A DNA stretch of 64,000 bases from Candidatus Micrarchaeota archaeon (GCA_021817325.1 JAKAVK010000022.1:65077-129076), one strand, 5' to 3'; shown: positions 36,150-45,279, counted from the first letter of the stretch. Numbers and translations are program-made. Notes: generated by a model not told the origin, from the sequence alone.

Positions 36150-38606
36150 TCAATCGCCGTTTCTCCCCTCAGGTGCGCTTTGACGGGGCTCTATGCTCTC
36201 ATCAATTAGCCTTGCATCAACCACCTTTGCCCCATTCTCCACCCTCATCAGCCTTACCCCGCTAGCCGCCCTTCCAGTAACGCGTATCGAGTCTATCGGT
36301 ATTGTGATGCTGATTCCCTTAGAATTGATCAGCAGAACATGCTGCTCTCCGCTCACGAAGATGGACTTTGCCACGCCGCCCGTCTTCTCTGATATTTTGA
36401 TGTTGAGCACCCCCTTGCCGCCTCTGCCCTGGAGCCGATACTTGTTGACATCAGTAAGCTTGCCGAACCCGTTCTCTGTTATGGTAAGGATACTGCCTAT
36501 ATCGCTTTCGGCTATTATGTTTTGCGCGCCGTCTCCATGAGACAGCCTTATGCCCCTTACGCCTGCAGCTGATCTGCCCGTCTCCCTAAGATCCTGCTCG
36601 TTGAATTTTATTGCCTTGCCGTTTCTTGTGGTGATGTTGAGATACCTGTCTGCGGATGTCAGTATCGCATCCGCAAGCTCATCACCCTGCCTCAGCGTTA
36701 TGGCCCGGATGCCGGTTGACCTTGGATGTGAAAAATGTGATGCAGCAGTCTTCTTGACAAGACCGCGGGTCGTCAGGAATATGACCTTCGTAACTGAGAA
36801 GTCCTTTATGTTAAGTACCTGCACTATCTTCTCATCCCTTATATTCAGTAGATTGACTATGGCCTTGCCCTCGGCATACCTGCCGCTTTCCGGTATGTTG
36901 TATGCTTTGAGCCAGTACGCCCTGCCGGCGTTAGAGATGCAGATCAGGTAGTCCTTGTTATTGCATGCAAGTATCTGCCTGACATAATCCCCCTCCTTTA
37001 AGTTTATGGCTATCATCCCCTTGCCGCCTCTGCCCTGCTCCTTGTAAGCAGTTATGGGCTGCCTCTTAACATAACCTGAATTTGTTAGTATGACCATGAC
37101 CCTCTCATCACTTATCACGTCTTCGTCGGTTATCTGGGATATCTCGTCGGTTTTTATAACTTCCGTCTTACGCGGCTTCCCATATTGCTTCTTTATCTCG
37201 AGTGTCTCTTCCTTGATTATCTTGTCTATCTTTTCTGGGTTGCTTATCACATCGGCATAGTAGTTTATCTTCCCGCGAAGCTCGGTGCCCTCCCTCTTGA
37301 GCGTGTCGCTCTCTAGATGGGTAAGCCTGGATAGCTTCATATCCAGTATCGCGTTTGCCTGCTTCTCGCTGAGTGTGTAGTCGTCCATTAGCTTTTTCCT
37401 CGCCTGGTTTACCTCATCGCTAGCGCGGATATCCCGTATGATCTTCTCTATGTGGTCTATCGCTATCAGGAGGCCCTCGACTATGTGCAGCCTGTCTTTA
37501 GCAACATTTAGCTCGTACTTGCTCCTGCGCTGCACGACCTCCCTCCGGTGGTCTATGAATGTGTTTACCAGCTGAAGCAAGTTCATGCTGCGCAGGCTGG
37601 TCCCGACTACGGCAAGATTTATTATGGGCAGTGTGACCTCCATCTGTGTATACCTGTAGAGGCTGTTTAGCACCTGCTGTGGGTTTGCATCATCCCGCAG
37701 ATCAATCACTATGTTGATTCCCTGCTTGTCGCTCTCATCCCTCAGATCCTTTATACCCACAACACGCTTGTCCCTTACGAGTTCAGCGATAGTTTGAATC
37801 AGCGATGCCTTGTTTACATTGTATGGTATCTCCTTTACGAGTAGTCTGTTCTTCTTCTCGTCTACCTCTGTTTTCGCCCTTATTCTCGCCTGTCCTCTTC
37901 CATGCCTGTATCCGTTGTAGGCGGCCTGCGACATTATTACCGTGCCGCCGGTGGGGAAGTCCGGTCCCTGTACTATATTGAGCATGTCCTCAACAGTAGT
38001 TTCCTTGTGGTCCAGAGCGTATGCAATGGCATCGCACACCTCGTTCATGTTGTGGGGGGGCATGTTAGTTGCGACGCCGACGGCTATCCCAGACGCGCCG
38101 TTAACCAGAAGGTTGGGCACCTTTGACGGGAGCAGGATGGGCTCGTTTTCAGTGTTGTCGAAATTCGGTACGAAATCTACCGTATCCTTCTCAAGGTCTT
38201 GGAGCATCTCCTCGGCGAGCTTTGTAAGCCTTACCTCGGTGTAACGCATTGCTGCCGGGGGGTCTCCGTCTACCGAGCCGAAATTGCCCTGCCCTTCTAT
38301 GAGCGGGTGCAGCAGTGAGAAACTCTGCGCCATCCTCACCAGGGTATCATATATAGCTGCGTCCCCGTGTGGATGCAGCTTACCCATGACCTCCCCTGCT
38401 ATCCTTGCGCTCTTCTTTGTCGGCTGGTTGTGAAAATTCTTTAGGGAGTACATGCCGAAGAGGATCCTTCTCTGCACTGGTTTCAGGCCATCCCTGGCAT
38501 CCGGTATGGCCCTTCCTATGATTACACTCATGGCATAGTCTATGTAGCTGGATTGCAGTTCTTGATCGAGGGCTACTTGCGATATTTCGGCCATGTCTTT
38601 ACACAT
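36150..38606 (-). CDS. gyrA: DNA gyrase subunit A
   Basis: YAMSVIIGRAIPDARDGLKPVQRRILF, HPHGDAAIYDT, the active-site region AMRYTE, and a C-terminal beta-pinwheel with repeated GRGGKG. It overlaps the gyrB stop by 8 nt. Confidence 0.95.
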   Translation of the reverse strand: MCKDMAEISQVALDQELQSSYIDYAMSVIIGRAIPDARDGLKPVQRRILFGMYSLKNFHNQPTKKSARIAGEVMGKLHPHGDAAIYDTLVRMAQSFSLLHPLIEGQGNFGSVDGDPPAAMRYTEVRLTKLAEEMLQDLEKDTVDFVPNFDNTENEPILLPSKVPNLLVNGASGIAVGVATNMPPHNMNEVCDAIAYALDHKETTVEDMLNIVQGPDFPTGGTVIMSQAAYNGYRHGRGQARIRAKTEVDEKKNRLLVKEIPYNVNKASLIQTIAELVRDKRVVGIKDLRDESDKQGINIVIDLRDDANPQQVLNSLYRYTQMEVTLPIINLAVVGTSLRSMNLLQLVNTFIDHRREVVQRRSKYELNVAKDRLHIVEGLLIAIDHIEKIIRDIRASDEVNQARKKLMDDYTLSEKQANAILDMKLSRLTHLESDTLKREGTELRGKINYYADVISNPEKIDKIIKEETLEIKKQYGKPRKTEVIKTDEISQITDEDVISDERVMVILTNSGYVKRQPITAYKEQGRGGKGMIAINLKEGDYVRQILACNNKDYLICISNAGRAYWLKAYNIPESGRYAEGKAIVNLLNIRDEKIVQVLNIKDFSVTKVIFLTTRGLVKKTAASHFSHPRSTGIRAITLRQGDELADAILTSADRYLNITTRNGKAIKFNEQDLRETGRSAAGVRGIRLSHGDGAQNIIAESDIGSILTITENGFGKLTDVNKYRLQGRGGKGVLNIKISEKTGGVAKSIFVSGEQHVLLINSKGISITIPIDSIRVTGRAASGVRLMRVENGAKVVDARLIDESIEPRQSAPEGRNGD

Positions 38607-40515
38607 CTAGGAATTTCACTTCTTGGGCGTGTTCATGCAGGAACTTGCGCCTCTGCTGCACGTCCAGCCCCATGAGTATCGTGAACAGTTCATCGGTCCT
38701 TGTTGCATCCGTTATGCCAACCCTCTTAAGCACCCTTCTTGCAGGGTCCATTGTGGTCTCCCACAGTTGCTCGGGGTTCATCTCTCCAAGTCCCTTGTAT
38801 CTTTGGAGATCGTATTTGCTGCCTATCTCCTTTGTCTTTGACGCGAGCTCGGCGTCGCTGTAGCAGTAGTAGACGTTCTTTCCCTGTGTTATCTTGTAAA
38901 GGGGGGGTTGCGCTATGTACACGTAGCCTTCTTCTATTATCCGTTTCATGTAGCGGTATATGAAGGTCAGCAGCAGCGTCCTTATGTGGCTTCCATCGAC
39001 ATCTGCATCGGTCATCAGTATTATTTTATGGTAGCGCAGGTTATCCGGGTTGAACGTCTCGTTTATCCCAGTGCCGAATGCCGTAACGAGTGCCTTTATC
39101 TCTGCATTGTCGAATATTCTTTCGAAGTTTGCCTTCTCCACGTTCAGTATCTTGCCCCTCAATGGCAATATCGCCTGTGTATTCTTGTCCCTGCCATCCT
39201 TTCCGGAGCCGCCTGCGCTCTGCCCCTCCACTATGAACAGCTCTATCTTCTCCGGGTCTGCCAGTATGCAATCCGCCAGTTTTCCGGGAAGCACCGACCC
39301 GTCGAACAGGCTCTTCTTCCTTGCAAGATCTCTTGCCTTTCTCGAGCTTTCGCGTGCGGCAGCTGCGCTGGTGGCTTTCTCCAATATGGCCCGTGCGTCG
39401 GATGGATGCTCTTCGAGATATCGGGATACGTGCGAGTACACGCTTGTTTCCACTATGTTCTTTATCTGCGTATTTCCCAGTTTCTCTTTCGTCTGCCCCT
39501 CGAACTCGGGATTGGGCAGCATTACGCTGAGCACTACGATTAACCCCTCCCTCACATCCTCCCCGGTTATCCTTGTCTCCTGCTTTCCGTTCGTCTTGTT
39601 TCTTGTGATGTAGTTGAGTATCGCCCTTGTCAGGCCGGAATGGAATCCGACTACGTGGGTTCCGCCCTCGGTGGTGCGTATGTTATTGACGAATGACTCT
39701 ATCTTCTCATCGTAGGTGTTATTGTACTGTACCGCAAACTCTATAGTCACCTGGTCTTCCTGGAACTTCTGGGATATTATGCTGGTCAACGCCCCGTTGT
39801 CCTTGTTCAAGTACTTTATAAAGTCAACAACTCCTTCCTGCGAATGAAATACTTCATCCTCTGCGGGGTCAAATCGCCTATCTGAGAGACTTATCCGTAG
39901 CTTTGGATTGAGAAAACTCGTGTATCTGAGCCGATCCTTAAGCAATGCAGAATCGAACGACGGCCCTGGAAATATCTCCTTGTCCGGTTTGAATCGTATT
40001 GTTGTCCCGGTCTCCTTAGACTCGCCGATCTCCTGAAGAGGTGACGTTGCGAAGCCTTTAGCGAACGTCTGCCTGTATATCTTTCCATCCCTCTTGACTG
40101 TCACCTCGGTGAATTCTGAAAGTGCATTCACCACAGTAAGCCCCACCCCGTGGAGCCCCCCTGACACCTTGTACGTGTCGTGGTTGAATTTTGCCCCTTT
40201 GTGCAGGGTTGTCATCACCACCTCTAGGGCGCTCTTGTTGTATTTCTCTATCATCCCTACAGGGATCCCTCTTCCATCATCGGAAACCTCGGCAATGTTT
40301 ATGCCGTCTTTATCCTGCGTGAGCACTATGTTTATGTTCCTGCAGTAGCCGGCCAGCGATTCGTCTACAGAATTGTCTACCACTTCGAACAGCAGATGGA
40401 CTACGCCTGAACTTCCCGTGGAGCCTATATACATTGCAGGCCTCTTGCGTATCCCTAACGGACCTTCGAGAACTACTATCTTTGAGGCATCGTACACCTC
40501 CGTTTCGGCCGGCAT
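38599..40515 (-). CDS. gyrB: DNA gyrase subunit B
   Basis: GLHHLV-like VHLLFEVVDNSVDE, GGLHGVG, Toprim EL(F)IVEGQSAGGS and PLRGKILNVE, then MTDADVDGSHI. Confidence 0.95.
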   Translation of the reverse strand: MPAETEVYDASKIVVLEGPLGIRKRPAMYIGSTGSSGVVHLLFEVVDNSVDESLAGYCRNINIVLTQDKDGINIAEVSDDGRGIPVGMIEKYNKSALEVVMTTLHKGAKFNHDTYKVSGGLHGVGLTVVNALSEFTEVTVKRDGKIYRQTFAKGFATSPLQEIGESKETGTTIRFKPDKEIFPGPSFDSALLKDRLRYTSFLNPKLRISLSDRRFDPAEDEVFHSQEGVVDFIKYLNKDNGALTSIISQKFQEDQVTIEFAVQYNNTYDEKIESFVNNIRTTEGGTHVVGFHSGLTRAILNYITRNKTNGKQETRITGEDVREGLIVVLSVMLPNPEFEGQTKEKLGNTQIKNIVETSVYSHVSRYLEEHPSDARAILEKATSAAAARESSRKARDLARKKSLFDGSVLPGKLADCILADPEKIELFIVEGQSAGGSGKDGRDKNTQAILPLRGKILNVEKANFERIFDNAEIKALVTAFGTGINETFNPDNLRYHKIILMTDADVDGSHIRTLLLTFIYRYMKRIIEEGYVYIAQPPLYKITQGKNVYYCYSDAELASKTKEIGSKYDLQRYKGLGEMNPEQLWETTMDPARRVLKRVGITDATRTDELFTILMGLDVQQRRKFLHEHAQEVKFLDV

Positions 40516-40627
40516 TTTGCATCAACTGGTCTTTGTGCGCTTATCAATAGCGTTTAAAGGAATATAAACCTTCTTGGCGCATTTTGACGTCGGAAAATTG
40601 ATATCGACAAAACGCACATTGCGGGTT

Positions 40628-41014
40628 TTATAAAGATAACTTCTTCCGGGTTGAGGCCTCTTCCTCCGGAGTCAGGCTATGCCTTGGGAGTGCTACTGTT
40701 TTGGTATTTCCGTATCTCGGGATTATGTGGATGTGAAAATGACTTATGTGCTCTGGCCCTGTATTAGTGACGACACTGCCCCCTACCGGCTCCATACGAT
40801 CCCACATGCGCCTGAAATAGTTCTTGGCCACAACGAACATGTGCTTTACCACTTCGTCGGGTGCTTCCATCATGTTCTTGTAGTGGCCGTTTGACACTAT
40901 GAGCAGATGCCCTTCTGATGCAGGGTATTTGTCCAGTATTATATAACACACCTCATCCTGATAGAGATGCGTGTTTTCATCGGCTCTGGACTCGCAGAAC
41001 GGGCAGTTGCTCAC
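40628..41014 (-). CDS. HIT family hydrolase
   Basis: CPFC N-terminus, PASEGHLLIV, and the histidine triad HFHIHIIPR. Confidence 0.85.
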   Translation of the reverse strand: MSNCPFCESRADENTHLYQDEVCYIILDKYPASEGHLLIVSNGHYKNMMEAPDEVVKHMFVVAKNYFRRMWDRMEPVGGSVVTNTGPEHISHFHIHIIPRYGNTKTVALPRHSLTPEEEASTRKKLSL

Positions 41015-41086
41015 TACATTACCGTGTTATAGATGCCCGAATAAGGTTAATAATATTCAGGTTGATTTGGTTAGCAGGCGGTTTAA

Positions 41087-42427
41087 ATGGCAGATACGAG
41101 AAAAAAGGTCATAATAATTGGTGCGGCTGGCAGGGACTTTCACAACTTCAATGTCTTCTTCAAAAACTCGGAAGAGTACGATGTAGTGGCTTTTACCGCA
41201 AATCAGATCCCGTATATATCCAATAGGTTATATCCGAAGGAGCTCAGCGGGCCACGATATCCGAATGGTATACAGATATATGATGAATCAAAGCTTGAGG
41301 AACTCATTGACGAGCTTGCTGTCGACATCTGCGTAATGGCATATAGCGACTTGCCTTATGACACGGTTATGGAGAAGGCCAGTAAGGTAAATGGCGCCGG
41401 GGCAGATTTCTGGCTGCTCTCACCGGAGCATACCATGATAAAATCAAAAAAGCCGGTAGTATCTGTGTGTGGGGTCAGGACGGGGGTAGGAAAGAGCCAG
41501 ACTTCAAGATATGTAGCCTCCTTTCTCAAGTCTGAAGGACTTAGGGTTGTCGTGGTCAGACATCCAATGCCGTACGGCATACTGAAGGACCAGATGGTAG
41601 AGAGGTTCGAGAGGCTTAGGGATCTTGACAAATACAAGACCACCATAGAGGAGAGGGAAGACTACGAACCACATATACGCAACGGTTTTGTAGTGTATGC
41701 AGGGGTGGATTACGAGAAAATCCTTAGGGAGGCCGAGAAGGAGGCTGATGTGATAATATGGGACGGAGGCAACAACGACACGCCGTTCTTTAAGCCGGAT
41801 CTGGCAATAGCTATCGCTGACCCGCTCCGTGCTGGGAACGAATTGACCTATTATCCAGGAGAGACGGTAGCCAGGACAGCCGATGTGCTTATCATAAATA
41901 AGGTCAATTCGGCAAGCAAGGAGGAAGTGGCCAGGGTGAAGAGGGATCTTGAGAGCATAAACAACCGCGCGGTGATGGTGATGGCGGACTCTGTGGTCAC
42001 CCCGGACAACCCAAAGGCCATGAAGGGCAAGCGTGCAGTGCTTGTTGAGGATGGACCTACTATAACGCACGGGGGCATGCGTTTTGGAGCCGCGTCTGTA
42101 GCCGCAAAGGAATATGGTGTGGGGGAGGTGGTCAATGCCAAGAGCTATGCCGTCGGAAGCATTAAGGAAGTGTACGAGAAGTATCCGGGGTTGGGCAAGG
42201 AGCTGCCTGCGGTAGGCTACAGCACGAGGCAGATAAAAGACCTTGAGAATACGATAAACAGCATCGACTGCGATATTGTAGTCTCTGCGACGCCCACAAA
42301 CCTGAGAAATGTGATAACTGTTAATAAACCGATCGTGCAAATAGGTTATGAGCTCAGACCGATAGGCGGGCGATTTGATTCGGTGCTAAGGTCTTTCGCT
42401 AAGAAAGCTATAAAAGAAAGAAAATAG
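41087..42427 (+). CDS. COG2403-type P-loop protein (family often annotated as cyclic 2,3-diphosphoglycerate synthetase or predicted GTPase)
   Basis: KKVIIIGAAGRDFHNFN N-terminus and the P-loop-like GVRTGVGKSQTS. Length is 446 aa. The family assignment is from memory of similar archaeal proteins. Confidence 0.5.
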   Translation: MADTRKKVIIIGAAGRDFHNFNVFFKNSEEYDVVAFTANQIPYISNRLYPKELSGPRYPNGIQIYDESKLEELIDELAVDICVMAYSDLPYDTVMEKASKVNGAGADFWLLSPEHTMIKSKKPVVSVCGVRTGVGKSQTSRYVASFLKSEGLRVVVVRHPMPYGILKDQMVERFERLRDLDKYKTTIEEREDYEPHIRNGFVVYAGVDYEKILREAEKEADVIIWDGGNNDTPFFKPDLAIAIADPLRAGNELTYYPGETVARTADVLIINKVNSASKEEVARVKRDLESINNRAVMVMADSVVTPDNPKAMKGKRAVLVEDGPTITHGGMRFGAASVAAKEYGVGEVVNAKSYAVGSIKEVYEKYPGLGKELPAVGYSTRQIKDLENTINSIDCDIVVSATPTNLRNVITVNKPIVQIGYELRPIGGRFDSVLRSFAKKAIKERK

Positions 42428-42446
42428 GATAAATATCTTGTTCTGC

Positions 42447-42521
42447 GGGTCCGTAACTCAGTTTGGTCAGAGTGGCTGGCTCTTAACCAGCAAGTCGAGG
42501 GTTCAAATCCCCCCGGGCCCA
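42447..42521 (+). tRNA. tRNA-Lys (anticodon CUU)
   Basis: Hand-folded cloverleaf. Acceptor GGGTCCG/CGGGCCC (one G-U), D stem ACTC/GAGT, and anticodon stem GCTGG/CCAGC with loop CTCTTAA (CTT at 42482..42484). T arm is GAGGG-TTCAAAT-CCCCC with one A-C mismatch. Discriminator is A. CCA is not encoded. Confidence 0.85.
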
Positions 42522-42725
42522 CTCCATTTTGATACGGTGCAGGGCCGTGCGCCGGTTAGCGTCCGCCGCTTTCCCTGCGGTGCCAGGCTTCAGTTCAGGC
42601 GCAATAAGCATACCGTGGTAGCTGGTGCCATAATGGCAAGGGTTTGTGGCGAACTGTCGCTAAAGAGCACATATAAATATACTAACTGAGTATATACTTT
42701 ATGGATAAATATCCACTCCGGCGCG

Positions 42726-43493
42726 TTGCGGAGACAGGTTATTTATACAGGTTCAGACAGAATAATATTTACCTATCCAGGCGATCGTGTGAAGACTTCT
42801 AAAAAAGCTAGACAGAGTGCGTTGAAAAACAAAAAAACCAGGAAAGCTACGGCAGCGAAGAGCAGTGTGAAGGGTGCGGCACACGGTGCCGCTCAGGCGC
42901 GTGGCGTTTCGACCCCGAAGAGACCCGCGAGCGGGGCGGTGTCCCTCAAGGCTGCTTCACAGTACCAGGCAGATGTACTTGGCGACGTCAGGAAAAACAT
43001 AGAGGATGTGATAAGCAACTCCGTCTTCGTTGACTATATGTCCAAGAATGTGGGCAGGAGGTCGATAGACATGGTCCAGTGCCTGAACGAGACGGCGCAG
43101 ACAGATGACAAACTTGCCTTGAAACTCAGCGTGAAGGTCAACGAGGTAAGGAGAATGCTCAATGTGCTTAACAGCTACAGCATAACCAGATACGACATCA
43201 ACAAGGACAGCAAAGGTTGGCTGACTTTCAAGTGGTATCTGGACAGAGACAAGCTGCGCGGGTTTAATATAATACTAAACGAGAAAGAGCACGCTGAAAA
43301 CTTCAAGCTACAGGACAACTGCAACGATTTCTTCTTCTGCAAGTCCTGCTACAAAGATCAGAAAGTGATTTTACCCTTCGATGCCGCGTTCGAAATATCG
43401 TTCAAGTGCGAATGCGGCGCTCCGCTCTCCGTACTTAGCAAGGAAGAGGCAACCGCGCTTTTCAAAGAAGAGAACGCGCTTGCCTTGTCATAA
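42726..43493 (+). CDS. tfe: Transcription factor E alpha (TFIIE-alpha homolog) with a Lys/Ala-rich N-terminal extension
   Basis: Winged helix RSIDMVQCLNE...TDDKLALKLSVKVNEVRRMLNVLNSYSITRYD...KGWLTFKWYLD, then a zinc ribbon CKSC...CECG. The first 80 aa or so are K/A/S-rich. The start is uncertain (TTG at 42726, or GTG at about 42786). Confidence 0.75.
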   Translation: MRRQVIYTGSDRIIFTYPGDRVKTSKKARQSALKNKKTRKATAAKSSVKGAAHGAAQARGVSTPKRPASGAVSLKAASQYQADVLGDVRKNIEDVISNSVFVDYMSKNVGRRSIDMVQCLNETAQTDDKLALKLSVKVNEVRRMLNVLNSYSITRYDINKDSKGWLTFKWYLDRDKLRGFNIILNEKEHAENFKLQDNCNDFFFCKSCYKDQKVILPFDAAFEISFKCECGAPLSVLSKEEATALFKEENALALS

Positions 43494-43540
43494 AGCAAGA
43501 TAAAGGCATTATAAACTTTGGCTGTGCTTATTTTAAACAA

Positions 43541-43615
43541 AGCGAGGTAGGGTAGCACGGAGTGCCCGCCGGGCTCATAACCCGGAGATCGGTGGTTCAA
43601 ATCCATCCCTCGCTA
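43541..43615 (+). tRNA. Initiator tRNA-Met (anticodon CAU)
   Basis: Hand-folded. Acceptor AGCGAGG/CCTCGCT has an A1-U72 pair. Anticodon stem CCGGG/CCCGG has three consecutive G-C pairs next to loop CTCATAA (CAT at 43576..43578). T arm is GGTGG-TTCAAAT-CCATC. A1:U72 plus the 3 G-C pairs are archaeal initiator hallmarks. Confidence 0.8.
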
Positions 43616-43620
43616 TAACC

Positions 43621-43733
43621 CCACACTTCCACTATTCGCGTTGTTTAGTATAATATATACACAACAACTACGCCATAGAACCAAAAAAGAAACGCGGAGA
43701 CAGCAAAAACACAGGTTATTAGTGGAAGTGTGG
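43621..43733. repeat. Element bounded by perfect 14-bp inverted repeats (CCACACTTCCACTA ... TAGTGGAAGTGTGG) with an 85-nt spacer
   Basis: Left arm 43621..43634 and right arm 43720..43733 are exact reverse complements (checked base by base). The spacer has an AT-rich core GTTTAGTATAATATATACAC and an inner GTTGTT/AACAAC hairpin. Confidence 0.7.
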
Positions 43734-43748
43734 TGTAGAGTTGAATTG

Positions 43749-44213
43749 ATGGCGGGAGAAAACAGTGCTGAGGTGTTGTTTGCGAAGCTTGACGCGGAGA
43801 GAAAGACAGGAGAACTGCTCCAGTTGCCTAGGGATTTCTACAGCGAACACGGAAGCATAGCAAACGTACCCGAAGTAGAAAACGGAAAACAGACACAAAA
43901 CACGAAGAAGACGCTGGAAACACTCAAGGCGAAACGGATACAGAAGATACTTATATACCTGGCGTATGGAAAAACGCCCCCGCAGCCCATGCCCGTGGAA
44001 GAGGAAAACATATATAATGAGATAAAGAGAATACTAAACAAAGAAATACCGCTGCAAAAAACCACAAAAATAAGAATAATAGCGAAAATCCCTGAAATAA
44101 TAACCACGTCGGGGCATAAAATAGGCCCTTTTGAAAGCGGCGAGATAATAACATCGGAAAAAGCAAAGGACATAGAATTCATAATCAACAACAAACTTGG
44201 AGAAATCATATAG
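43749..44213 (+). CDS. GINS complex subunit (Gins51-type)
   Basis: N-terminal LLQLPRDFY motif and the helical A domain (KRIQKILIYLAY). The C-terminal B domain IRIIAKIPEIITTSGHKIGPFESGEIITSEKAKDIEFIINNKLGEII matches the archaeal Gins51 pattern (v.vl.diP.f.g.dg..yGPf..gdv..lp...a..Li..g.a..i). I chose the ATG at 43749; the ORF track starts at a TTG at 43641 inside the inverted-repeat element. Confidence 0.65.
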   Translation: MAGENSAEVLFAKLDAERKTGELLQLPRDFYSEHGSIANVPEVENGKQTQNTKKTLETLKAKRIQKILIYLAYGKTPPQPMPVEEENIYNEIKRILNKEIPLQKTTKIRIIAKIPEIITTSGHKIGPFESGEIITSEKAKDIEFIINNKLGEII

Positions 44214-44225
44214 AACAGTGAGAGC

Positions 44226-44507
44226 ATGAAGATAGAGAAAGAGATATCGACATATTGCAAGTTCTGCAACAAGCACACAAAGCACACTGTAAAGGTATAC
44301 ACCAAAAAACAGACGTCGGGGCTCAGCCTAGGTACCAGGCGGCACGAAAGGGCAATTAGAGGATATGTAGGCAGCATAGAACCCAAGATACACCCTAAGA
44401 AACTGGGCAAGCGCCAGAAGGCGATGCTTCAGTGCGTCGAGTGCAAGAAGGTAACAGAGAGGGTATTCGGAAAAAGGACAAAGAAGAAGATGGAGATAAA
44501 GCGCTGA
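44226..44507 (+). CDS. rpl44e: 50S ribosomal protein L44e (eL42)
   Basis: YCKFCNKHTKHTV...KKQTSG...GYVGSIEPK...LQCVECKK is the eL42 zinc ribbon. Confidence 0.9.
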   Translation: MKIEKEISTYCKFCNKHTKHTVKVYTKKQTSGLSLGTRRHERAIRGYVGSIEPKIHPKKLGKRQKAMLQCVECKKVTERVFGKRTKKKMEIKR

Positions 44508-44516
44508 TGATATAAC

Positions 44517-45278
44517 ATGATACAACCCAAGAAGCTTCCGGAAACTGGAGAACTGGTCATGGTGAGGGTGAGCAAGATAATGCCGTATGGGGCATACTGC
44601 ACACTGATCGAGTATAACGCCGACGCATATCTGCCCATTTCCGAGATAGCCTCCGGCTGGATAAAGAACATCCACGAGTTCATAAGGGAGGGGCAGAAGG
44701 ATGTTGCAAAAGTAATATTCGTAGACACCGAGAAGAATGCCATAGATATCTCATTCAAGAAGGCAACCAACGCAGAGAAGAAAAACAAGATAGACGAATA
44801 CAACTCCGAGAAGAGGGCGGAGGGGATGTTTACAAAGGCCCTGGCCAGTGCCAAGATGGAATCCAGAAAGGATGAGATGATCGGGAAGATCTCGAAGGTG
44901 GAGTCAACCTACGCGGATCTGATCAACGACATATACAACAACAAGGATCCTCTGTCAGGCATTGAGGAAAAGGAGTTCAAGCAAACGCTGTACGACTTAG
45001 TGTTCAAGAGCATCAAGCCGAAGAAATATACTGTTTCATATACTGTTGAACTGACAACCCTGGACACAAGGAGCGGGGTAAAGCTGATAAAAGAGGCGCT
45101 TGGCGCGGTGGAGCAGACAGGCGTAGAAGTCCTGTATCTGGGCGCGCCGCATTACCGTCTGCTGTCCGAAGATACAAGCTACCCAAAAGCCGAAGGCAGA
45201 ATAAAAGAAGCACAGACAATACTCAACAAGTACAGCAAGCGCATCTCGTACTCGATGAAGTCCAACAAAGGGGAATAG
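44517..45278 (+). CDS. eif2a: Translation initiation factor aIF2 subunit alpha
   Basis: S1 domain LPETGELVMVRVSKIMPYGAYCTLIEYN-ADAYLPISEIASGWIKNIHEFIREGQ. Length is 253 aa. Confidence 0.9.
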   Translation: MIQPKKLPETGELVMVRVSKIMPYGAYCTLIEYNADAYLPISEIASGWIKNIHEFIREGQKDVAKVIFVDTEKNAIDISFKKATNAEKKNKIDEYNSEKRAEGMFTKALASAKMESRKDEMIGKISKVESTYADLINDIYNNKDPLSGIEEKEFKQTLYDLVFKSIKPKKYTVSYTVELTTLDTRSGVKLIKEALGAVEQTGVEVLYLGAPHYRLLSEDTSYPKAEGRIKEAQTILNKYSKRISYSMKSNKGE

Positions 45279-45279
45279 A

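Noticed and set aside
41504-42340. 278-aa minus-strand ORF inside the COG2403-type gene
   Set aside because: Its translation is His/Arg/Tyr-rich and shadow-like. The plus strand has a P-loop and a coherent domain layout.
42438-42689. 83-aa plus-strand ORF starting inside tRNA-Lys
   Set aside because: It overlaps a well-folded tRNA, and its translation has no protein-like features. The GC-rich remainder is noted separately as a possible ncRNA.
43358-43606. 82-aa minus-strand ORF overlapping the tfe 3' end and tRNA-iMet
   Set aside because: It is the antisense of a tRNA and of a well-supported CDS.
43641-43748. TTG-initiated 36-codon N-terminal extension of the GINS ORF, as given in the track
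   Set aside because: The extension (MFSIIYTQQLRHRTKKETRRQQKHRLLVEVWCRVEL) lies inside the inverted-repeat element, is not GINS-like, and precedes a good ATG at 43749. I treat it as untranslated.
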